A DNA stretch of 12,362 bases from Deinococcaceae bacterium (GTDB lineage: Bacteria > Deinococcota > Deinococci > Deinococcales > Trueperaceae). Shown piece by piece: positions 5,726-12,362 of the stretch. The notes under the pieces are model-generated. The model was not told where the DNA came from. It searched no databases and saw only the letters and a list, made by a program, of their open reading frames with translations. Numbering within the stretch: position 1 is the first letter of the stretch; every line of letters starts with the position of its first letter. Location of the stretch: assembly GCA_040256005.1 (NCBI GenBank), contig JBDZWC010000090.1, positions 1-12,362 on the forward strand. Reading direction: 5' to 3'. The position numbers and the translations under genes are program-made.

Positions 5726-7912
5726 CTAGGCGTGCGCCCGCCGCGCGCTCCTGACCCTGGAGCGCCCCGCGGACCTGAGCCACACGATGATCGGCGTCAT
5801 GATGAAGATGCTCGAGAACGTGCCCACGACGATGCCTACGAGCAGGACCACGCTGAAGCCCTGAAGCACGGAGCCACCCAGGAGCAGGAGGGCCAGGACC
5901 GGCAACAACGTCGTGCCCGAAGTGGCGATGGTGCGCGTCAGGGTCTGGTTGATGGAGAGATCCACGACCTCTGGCAGGCTCAGCTGCCTCTGCGACTTGA
6001 GGTTCTCGCGGATCCTGTCGGCCACGATGACGGAGTCGTTGAGCGAGTAACCGACGACGAACAGCAGCGCCGCCAGGACCGGGATGCTGAACTCGATCTG
6101 GAACAGCGCCAGCACGCCCAACGAGATGAGCACGTCGTGCGCCGTGGCGATGACGGCCGCGACGGCCACGCCCCACGTGGGCCAGAACCGCCAGGCCACG
6201 TAGAGGAGGATCAAGGCTAGCGAGACCACGACGGCGAGGATCGCGCCGCGCCGTAGGTCGGCGCCGATGGCGGGGCCAACGAAGTCGGCCGAGAGCACCT
6301 CGCCGTTCACCTGCTCCGCGAGCAACGCTCCGAAGTCGCCGCGTCCGCCCAGCGCGGTGTCGGTCAGGCCCGTGCGGACGATCACCTGGTGCTCGCCCTC
6401 GGCGCCCTGCGCCTCCACGATGGTGGCGGAGGCGGGATCGAGACCCTCGATGTCGAGTTCGCCGATGGCGGCTCGCACGTCGGCCACGCCGGTACCCTCC
6501 GGTACCGTCAGTGTCACGTTCTGGCCACCCGTGAAGTCGGTCGATAGCGGCAGACCGGCGATCATCACCCAGGCCAGCGAGGCGACGGCGAGCAGCGCCC
6601 CGAGCGGCACGAGGATGGGACCCCGCTTGACGTACTGCGGGCCCCTGATGTCGAAGCCCTGCCACAGGAACGTGCGGCCGCCGTTGAGCGTCAGCACGTC
6701 GAGGATGAAGGGCACTACTACCGTGTTCACGAACACGGAGGCCACGATGCCGATGGCCAACGTCACGGCGAAGCCGCGCACCGGCCCGCTGGTGTACTGG
6801 TAGAGGGCGGCGGCGGCCAGGAGGGTGGTCACGTTGGCGTCGATGATCGCCGAGAGCGAGTGCTGGAAGCCGCGCTTCATGGCGAGGCGGATGCCCTTGC
6901 CAGCGCGCAGCTCCTCGCGGATGCGCTCGAAGCTGATCACGTTGCCGTCTACGGCCGCGCCGATCGTCAGCACCAGGCCGGCGAGGCCAGGCAGGGTCAG
7001 CGAGGCGCCGAGGCCCGCCAGCGCGCCGAAGATGAAGAGCATGGCGAGCGCGACGCCGAAGGCGAGCACGCCACCGAAGAGGACGCCGTAGTAGGCGATG
7101 ACGGCGATGATCACCGCGGCGCCGCCGATCACGGCGGCCGTCGTGCCGGCGTTGATCGCGTCCTGACCTAGCGTGGGCCCGATGGAGCGGACCTCGGCGA
7201 CCTGCAGGTTGATGGGCAGGCTTCCCGAGCGCAGCACCAGCGCGATATCGGACGCCTCGTCGAGCGTGCCGATGCCGGTGATCTGGCCGTTGCTGGAGAT
7301 GCGGCCCTCGAGGGTGGGCGCGGTGATGATCACGTCGTCCAGGACGATGGCCATGCGCCGGCCCAGGTTCCCGCCCGTGAACGTACCGAAGGCGTTGGCG
7401 TCCTGCGGCCGTATGTCGAACTGGACCACGGGCCCGCCCGGCACGCCTACCGACTGTCCGAACGACGCGGTGGCGTTGGCGATGATCTCGCCGGTGAACG
7501 ACGTGGGCTCGAGGTCATCCAGGGTCAGCTGCTCGGTGGCCAGGTTGTTCGAGTCGCGCTTGACCAGCCGGAACTCGAGGACGGCCTGCTGGCCGATCAG
7601 GTCGAGCGCCCGCTCCTGGTCGTCCGAGGTTAGACCGGGCAGCTCCACGACGATGCGGCGGTCGCCGGAGGTCTGGACCAGAGACTCGGCGACCCCGAAC
7701 TGGTTGACGCGGTTCTCGACGATGTTGCGGGCGGCCTCGAGGTCCTCCCGCAACGGGTTGGGCTCCTCCGATTGCAAGGTGACCCGCAGGCCACCCTGGA
7801 GGTCGAGGCCCAGCTTGAGAGGCGTATGGCCCGGTGCCCACGGCTGCCACAGGTACAGGACGGACGCGATGACGGCCGCCAGGATCAGTATGCCGGTGGC
7901 GGCCCTGTTCAT
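5726..7912 (-). CDS. secDF: Fused protein translocase subunit SecDF (728 aa)
   Basis: LKLGLDLQGG, ENRVNQFGVAES, IGPTLGQD, GAAVDGNVISFERIREE (SecD); DFTGG, VGPAIG, GYSLNDSVIVADRIRE (SecF). Start at ATG 7912 (MNRAAT...), overlapping the infB stop (ATGA), rather than 7996. Confidence 0.96.
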   Translation of the reverse strand: MNRAATGILILAAVIASVLYLWQPWAPGHTPLKLGLDLQGGLRVTLQSEEPNPLREDLEAARNIVENRVNQFGVAESLVQTSGDRRIVVELPGLTSDDQERALDLIGQQAVLEFRLVKRDSNNLATEQLTLDDLEPTSFTGEIIANATASFGQSVGVPGGPVVQFDIRPQDANAFGTFTGGNLGRRMAIVLDDVIITAPTLEGRISSNGQITGIGTLDEASDIALVLRSGSLPINLQVAEVRSIGPTLGQDAINAGTTAAVIGGAAVIIAVIAYYGVLFGGVLAFGVALAMLFIFGALAGLGASLTLPGLAGLVLTIGAAVDGNVISFERIREELRAGKGIRLAMKRGFQHSLSAIIDANVTTLLAAAALYQYTSGPVRGFAVTLAIGIVASVFVNTVVVPFILDVLTLNGGRTFLWQGFDIRGPQYVKRGPILVPLGALLAVASLAWVMIAGLPLSTDFTGGQNVTLTVPEGTGVADVRAAIGELDIEGLDPASATIVEAQGAEGEHQVIVRTGLTDTALGGRGDFGALLAEQVNGEVLSADFVGPAIGADLRRGAILAVVVSLALILLYVAWRFWPTWGVAVAAVIATAHDVLISLGVLALFQIEFSIPVLAALLFVVGYSLNDSVIVADRIRENLKSQRQLSLPEVVDLSINQTLTRTIATSGTTLLPVLALLLLGGSVLQGFSVVLLVGIVVGTFSSIFIMTPIIVWLRSAGRSRVRSARRAHA

Positions 7913-9804
7913 GCGACCGGCACCTCGACGAGTTCGTACACCTCGATGATGTCCCCCTCCTGGATGTTGTCGTAGTTCTGGAGGCTGATACCGCATTCGA
8001 AACCGGTAGTCACCTCACGGACGTCGTCCTTGAAGCGCCTGAGGCCAGCGATGGAGCCCTTGTAGACCTCCTTGCCGCCGCGGTTGACGCGAGCCTTCGC
8101 GCCGCGGCGGACAACGCCGTCGAGGACGTAGGAGCCCGCGATGTTGCCGGAACGCGGCACGTGGATGACCTGCCTGACCTCGGCGCGGCCGAGCGTGCGC
8201 TCCTCGTACTCCGGTTCGATCTGGCCGCGGATCATCTTCTGCACGTCCTCGATGAGGTCGTAGATGATCCGGTACGTCTTGAGCGGTATGCCCTTGCGCT
8301 CCGCCGCCTTGATCACGCTCCCGGGCGGGTTGATACCGAAGCTGAGGATCGTGGCGTCGGCGGTACCGGCCAGCAGCAGGTCGGAGTCGGTGGGGGCGCC
8401 CACCTCGGCCAGCATGATCTCCAGGTCCACCTCGTCGGTGGCTTCGGCCTCGCGCTGCAGCACGCCCTTGATGGCTTCGAGCGAGCCCTGGGTGTCGGCC
8501 CGTAGGAGGAGGTAGATCGTCTTCGTCTTGGGCTTGCCGAAGAGGTCGGCGAGCGTGACGCCCTTCTTGCCGATCTCCTCCCTGGCCCCTTCCTCTCGCG
8601 CTAGGCGGCGCTGCGAGGTAAGGCTCTTCGCTTCGGCCTCGTTGGCGGCACCCTCGACCACCGAGCCCGCGACGGGCTGCTCGGAGAAGCCCAGCACCTG
8701 GACCGGGGTCGCGGGACCCGCCGCATCGACGTTGTTGCCGGCGTAGTCCGTGAGGCGCCTGACCTTGGCCCACACCTCGCCCGAGACGATGTAGTCTGCC
8801 ACGCGCAGCGTGCCCTCCTGCACCAGGACCGTCGCGAGGACGCCGGCGCGCTTGTCCAGCACCGACTCCACGACGATCCCTCTGACGGGCGCGTCCGGAT
8901 CAGCCCGTAGCTCCTCGACCTCGGCCACCAGCGAGAGCATCTCGAGCAGGTCGTCAACGCCCTCGCCGGTCTTGGCCGAGAGCGGCACGGTGATCGTGTC
9001 GCCGCCGTACTCCTCCGGCACCAGACCGACCTGCATGAGGTCCTGCTTGACCTTGTCGGGGTTCGCCTGCGGCAGGTCCACCTTGTTGATGGCCACGACG
9101 ATGGGCACGTTCGCGGCCTTGGCGTGCGCGATGGCCTCGCGGGTCTGGGGCATGACGCTGTCGTCCGCGGCTACCACGATGACGGCGATGTCGGTGGCGT
9201 TGGCGCCGCGCTGCCGGATGGTCGTGAACGCCTCGTGGCCCGGGGTGTCGAGGAAGGTGACGGAGCCGTGCTTCGTCTGAGCCTGGTACGCGCCTATGTG
9301 CTGGGTGATGCCGCCGGCCTCGCGCTCGGCGACGTGGGTCTGGCGGATGCGGTCGAGGAGCGAGGTCTTGCCGTGGTCGACGTGGCCCATGACCGTGACT
9401 ACCGGGGCGCGCAGCGGCGCTTCCGAGCTCTTGGGCTCGTCCTTGGCTTTCGCGGCCTTGCCGGCCTTGTCCGAGGTGGCTCCGCCTGCCTTAGGTGCCT
9501 GGGCCTCGGCCGTGGCGGTCTTGGCGGGAGCCGTCGCTGTGGCCGTGGCGGCTCGCTGGTTGGAACCCTTGGCGCCGGGCGCTGCCGGCGCGGTGTCGGC
9601 GCCTTCCGGGGCGCGTTCCGCCTTCGCCTGCGCTCCAGGCGCTGCGTCCGCGATCAGGTTCTTGACCGTCTCGGCGGTGTCGGCGTCGAGCGTGCTCGAC
9701 ACAGACTTGTAATCGACCCCGAGCTCGTCGAGGCGAGCCAGCAGCTCGCTGTTGTCGACCCCGAGGTCCTTGGCTAGTTGGTAGATCCTGACCTTATCCG
9801 ACAT
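7909..9804 (-). CDS. infB: Translation initiation factor IF-2
   Basis: [13 protein letters not shown]-domain, [56 protein letters not shown] at 9810-9814. Confidence 0.98.
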   Translation of the reverse strand: MSDKVRIYQLAKDLGVDNSELLARLDELGVDYKSVSSTLDADTAETVKNLIADAAPGAQAKAERAPEGADTAPAAPGAKGSNQRAATATATAPAKTATAEAQAPKAGGATSDKAGKAAKAKDEPKSSEAPLRAPVVTVMGHVDHGKTSLLDRIRQTHVAEREAGGITQHIGAYQAQTKHGSVTFLDTPGHEAFTTIRQRGANATDIAVIVVAADDSVMPQTREAIAHAKAANVPIVVAINKVDLPQANPDKVKQDLMQVGLVPEEYGGDTITVPLSAKTGEGVDDLLEMLSLVAEVEELRADPDAPVRGIVVESVLDKRAGVLATVLVQEGTLRVADYIVSGEVWAKVRRLTDYAGNNVDAAGPATPVQVLGFSEQPVAGSVVEGAANEAEAKSLTSQRRLAREEGAREEIGKKGVTLADLFGKPKTKTIYLLLRADTQGSLEAIKGVLQREAEATDEVDLEIMLAEVGAPTDSDLLLAGTADATILSFGINPPGSVIKAAERKGIPLKTYRIIYDLIEDVQKMIRGQIEPEYEERTLGRAEVRQVIHVPRSGNIAGSYVLDGVVRRGAKARVNRGGKEVYKGSIAGLRRFKDDVREVTTGFECGISLQNYDNIQEGDIIEVYELVEVPVA

Positions 9805-10159
9805 CCGTGCCTCCGTCCCGGCGTGCGGTGACGGCTGCCGTCCGACGCGCGGTGCGCGCCGGGCCCAGCGGGCGCTTGGCGGCGTCCCTCAGCAGTCCCA
9901 GCACCTGTTCCGCCTGGCCCTTGAAGGCCCGGCCCAGCTTCTTCGCGTTCTCGTCCTTCACGGCCTGGGCCGCGCACTCGTGGCAGACCCAGGTCCCGCG
10001 CCCGCCGAGCCTGCGGCGAGCGTCGTACTCGTACGTTCCGTCTTCATGCCTGGCCAGGCGCAACATCTCGGCCTGCGGCTTGGAGGCGCGACAGACCACG
10101 CACCGACGCAGCGGCACGTGCCGTTTGCGCTCAGGCTGTCCCTTCTGCGTGGCGACCAT
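9794..10159 (-). CDS. ylxR: YlxR/DUF448 family RNA-binding protein (RnpM)
   Basis: HVPLRRCVVCR...MLRL...GRGTWVC..C...KKLGRAFK; canonical position between nusA and infB. Confidence 0.9.
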   Translation of the reverse strand: MVATQKGQPERKRHVPLRRCVVCRASKPQAEMLRLARHEDGTYEYDARRRLGGRGTWVCHECAAQAVKDENAKKLGRAFKGQAEQVLGLLRDAAKRPLGPARTARRTAAVTARRDGGTDVG

Positions 10160-10161
10160 GG

Positions 10162-11433
10162 TCAGGACGCAGCCTCCTCGGTCTCCGGCTCTTCGTCCGC
10201 ACGTTCCGCGGCGGCGTCATCGGCGGCTTCCTCCACCTCGGCCGAGGCCTCTGCCGCCTCGTCCTCGCCCGCCTCCGCAGCGGCGGCCTCGCCGCCCTTC
10301 GAGAACAGGGCGTCGAACGCGCTGTGGCTGCGCTCTACCTGGCTCTGGTCGGACAGGCGCGAGGCGGCGGCCTGCATGGCGGCGTCGAGGTCCGAGACAG
10401 ACTCGGAAGCCTGCAGGTCGATGCTGAAGCCCGTCAGCTTCGCGGCGAGGCGCACGTTCTGACCGCTCTTGCCGATGGCCAGCGAGAGCTGGTCTGAGCC
10501 GACCGTGACCCTGGCCTTCTTCTCCTCGGTGTCGAGCTCGATGTTGCCGACCTTGGCGGGGGAGAGCGCGTTGCGGATGAACTCGCGCGGCGTGCTGTCC
10601 CACTGGATGATATCGACGCGCTCGCGCTGGAGCTCGGCGGTGACGGCCTGTATGCGGCTCCCGCGGTGACCGATGCAGGCGCCGATGGGGTCTACGTTCG
10701 GGTTGTTGGAGGTCACGGCGACCTTCGAGCGCTGGCCGGCCTCGCGGGCGATGGCCTTGATCTCCACGGTGCCGTCGGCGACCTCGGGGATCTCCTGGCG
10801 CATGAGGTACTCGAGGAGCTCGGGCGCGGCGCGCGACACGAGGATCGACGGGCCGCGTGGGGAGAGCTCCACCTTCTGCACGTAGACCTTGAGGCGCATG
10901 CCCACCATGTAGCGCTCGCCGTGTATCTGCTCCTTGAGCGGCATGATCGCCTCGCCGCGTCCTAGGTCGACGAACACGTTGCGCTTGGTGTCGGTGCGGG
11001 ACACGACGCCGGTCATGATGTCGCCCGCGCGGTCCTTGTACTCCTCGTAGACGATGGCCCTCTCGGCCTCGCGGATCTTCTGGGTGATCACCTGCTTGGT
11101 GGTCTGGACGGCGATCCGGGTGAACTTCTCGGGGTCGACCGGGAACTCCATCTCCATGCCCACCTCGACCTCGTCGTCGAGCTCGAGGGCCTCCTCGAGG
11201 GTGATCTGCGTGTCCTCCAGGCCCTCCTCGACCGTCTCGACGACCTTGCGGATGACCACGATCTCCATCTCGCCGGTCTCGGGGTCGAGCTCGACCTCGA
11301 TCTGCTTGCCTGGCATGATGTTGCGCTCGAACGCCTGGGAGAGCGCATCCTCGAGGTCATGGAGCAGCTGCTCCTTGCTCAGGTTGCGCTCCGCGGCCAG
11401 CATGTTCAGAGCGTCTACGAACTCTTTGTTCAT
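10162..11433 (-). CDS. nusA: Transcription termination/antitermination factor NusA
   Basis: FTRIAVQTTKQVI, S1 domain, QEIPEV, AREAGQRSKVAV, GACIGHRGSRI, LAIGKSGQNVRLA. ATG 11433 is chosen because AGAGGTG (11444-11450) is too close to TTG 11442. Confidence 0.97.
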   Translation of the reverse strand: MNKEFVDALNMLAAERNLSKEQLLHDLEDALSQAFERNIMPGKQIEVELDPETGEMEIVVIRKVVETVEEGLEDTQITLEEALELDDEVEVGMEMEFPVDPEKFTRIAVQTTKQVITQKIREAERAIVYEEYKDRAGDIMTGVVSRTDTKRNVFVDLGRGEAIMPLKEQIHGERYMVGMRLKVYVQKVELSPRGPSILVSRAAPELLEYLMRQEIPEVADGTVEIKAIAREAGQRSKVAVTSNNPNVDPIGACIGHRGSRIQAVTAELQRERVDIIQWDSTPREFIRNALSPAKVGNIELDTEEKKARVTVGSDQLSLAIGKSGQNVRLAAKLTGFSIDLQASESVSDLDAAMQAAASRLSDQSQVERSHSAFDALFSKGGEAAAAEAGEDEAAEASAEVEEAADDAAAERADEEPETEEAAS

Positions 11434-11525
11434 CTGTCTCAAACACCTCTATTCGGTTGTGGCCCCGCACACCTGTGGGACCCGCCACCCTATGGCACGG
11501 GCCGGAAGTGGGCGTTCGGGCAGGC

Positions 11526-11969
11526 CTAGCGGGGCGTGTCGGGCCACTCGGCCAGACGGGCCTGCTCGATCTCGTGCAAGGCGTAGGTGACGTCTTCTCC
11601 GCGGACGGTGAAGGTCACCTCGTCGCCGTCTACCCTCGCTACGCGGCCGGTGTGGTTGGCACCGGCGGCACGGAACTTGACAAGGAGGCCGGAGAACCGC
11701 TCGAAGTGCCTCGCCGTGAAGAGCGGTCGCTTGGACCCGGGCGACTCGACCTCGAGGCGGTACTCGTCAGGGAACGGATCGAGGCGGTCGAGCTCGAGAC
11801 CGAACACCTCCGACGCCCTGGCGACGTCGTCTACGGTGACGACCGCTTCGTCCAGCCGGTCGATCCTGAGCAGGACCCTGCGGGTGCGGCCGGTGGTGCT
11901 CACGTCCAGTTCGAGCACCTCGTAGCCGAGGGGCGTCAGCACCTCGGTCGCCGCCTCCGTCAGGTCCAC
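11526..11969 (-). CDS. rimP: Ribosome maturation factor RimP
   Basis: LRIDR...VTVDDVARAS...LDRLDPF...YRLEVESPG..RPL....HF.RF.G; AGGAGG SD at 11975-11980; first gene before nusA. Confidence 0.95.
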   Translation of the reverse strand: MDLTEAATEVLTPLGYEVLELDVSTTGRTRRVLLRIDRLDEAVVTVDDVARASEVFGLELDRLDPFPDEYRLEVESPGSKRPLFTARHFERFSGLLVKFRAAGANHTGRVARVDGDEVTFTVRGEDVTYALHEIEQARLAEWPDTPR

Positions 11970-11982
11970 CGCAGCCTCCTGT

Positions 11983-12035
11983 CATCCCAACGAAAACGGG
12001 CGGGTCTACCGAACCCACCCGCGCCTGTCGGGATG
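11983..12035 (-). promoter_or_regulatory. rimP leader hairpin, attenuator-like
   Basis: Minus strand CGGGUGGGU-ucgguag-ACCCGCCCG followed by UUUUCGUU (12021-11989), enclosed by a second stem CAUCCCGAC/GUUGGGAUG; lies between a promoter and the rimP SD. Confidence 0.7.
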
Positions 12036-12048
12036 TTGTCCGCCCAGT

Positions 12049-12078
12049 ATCTTAGCCCCACTCACCGCCCCCCTGCAA
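12049..12078 (-). promoter_or_regulatory. Sigma70-type promoter of the rimP operon
   Basis: TTGCAG (12078-12073), 18-nt spacer, TAAGAT (12054-12049) on the minus strand; the -35 lies in the last codons of the upstream CDS. Confidence 0.55.
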
Positions 12079-12362
12079 ACGCCGCGGCGACGTCTTCCGC
12101 CGACCCCGGCACGCCGCTGGCGCCGGTCGTGCCGACGCCGGCCACCGGCAGACCGCTGGGAACGGCCCTAGGCACCAGACTCGAGAGCTCCCGAGCGGCC
12201 GGGTCGGTGAGCGCACGCATGAACTCGGTCAGTTGGGCGACGGTCTCGGGGCTCAGCTCGACGCCGTCGAGGAGCGGGTCCCTGGTGGCCAGGATGGCGT
12301 CTTCGTTGTCTAGGGGCGCCAGACCCGCAGGCAGCTCGCCGCCGTACCCGCGCAGCTTGTCG
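12062..12362 (-). CDS. C-terminal fragment of a probable cytochrome c peroxidase/MauG-family protein (5' part outside the window)
   Basis: Manual translation ...DPLLDGVELSPETVAQLTEFMRALTDPAARELSSLVPRAVPSGLPVAG...FAGGR*; the L..F+.+LTD...P..VPSGLP ending is typical of this family; haem motifs are not visible in the window. Confidence 0.6.
   Translation of the reverse strand, partial: DKLRGYGGELPAGLAPLDNEDAILATRDPLLDGVELSPETVAQLTEFMRALTDPAARELSSLVPRAVPSGLPVAGVGTTGASGVPGSAEDVAAAFAGGR

Noticed and set aside
5163..6665. 500-aa minus-strand ORF and other long ORFs overlapping secDF, infB and nusA
   Set aside because: Alternative-frame or antisense reads of well-supported genes with low-complexity Arg/Pro/Ala composition.
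9420..9650. Ala/Thr/Lys/Pro-rich repetitive stretch in infB
   Set aside because: Ordinary variable IF2 N-terminal linker; no true tandem DNA repeat.
11434..11525. Short imperfect hairpins between rimP and nusA as a possible ncRNA
   Set aside because: Stems are short and bulged, as expected by chance at this GC content; no family signature.
1..12362. CRISPR arrays, tRNA/rRNA genes, IS elements or defence systems
   Set aside because: No repeat-spacer periodicity, cloverleaf or transposase motifs were seen; almost all sequence is explained by housekeeping CDSs.

Overview
GC-rich housekeeping region, most likely from a Deinococcota bacterium (inferred from Thermus/Deinococcus-like PrmA, RsmE, short IF2, fused SecDF and leaderless promoters; Trueperaceae-like is a guess). 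Left: dnaB on the minus strand (missed by the ORF track because it runs off the window), interrupted by an intein that starts right after ...SDLRE and appears to lack a homing endonuclease. Divergently from a 43-bp gap with two back-to-back leaderless -10 boxes runs a translationally coupled operon: a PlsY-like membrane domain fused to an acyl-ACP-reductase-like domain, prmA, rsmE and a small lipoprotein. Converging on it is rimP-nusA-ylxR(rnpM)-infB-secDF, with a leader attenuator-like hairpin and a 3' hairpin. The right edge holds the C-terminus of a probable cytochrome c peroxidase/MauG-family gene. The best candidates for new biology are the PlsY-reductase fusion with altered PlsY motifs (possible unusual-lipid enzyme) and the DnaB mini-intein with a structured linker. 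No CRISPR, tRNA, rRNA or transposase was seen.
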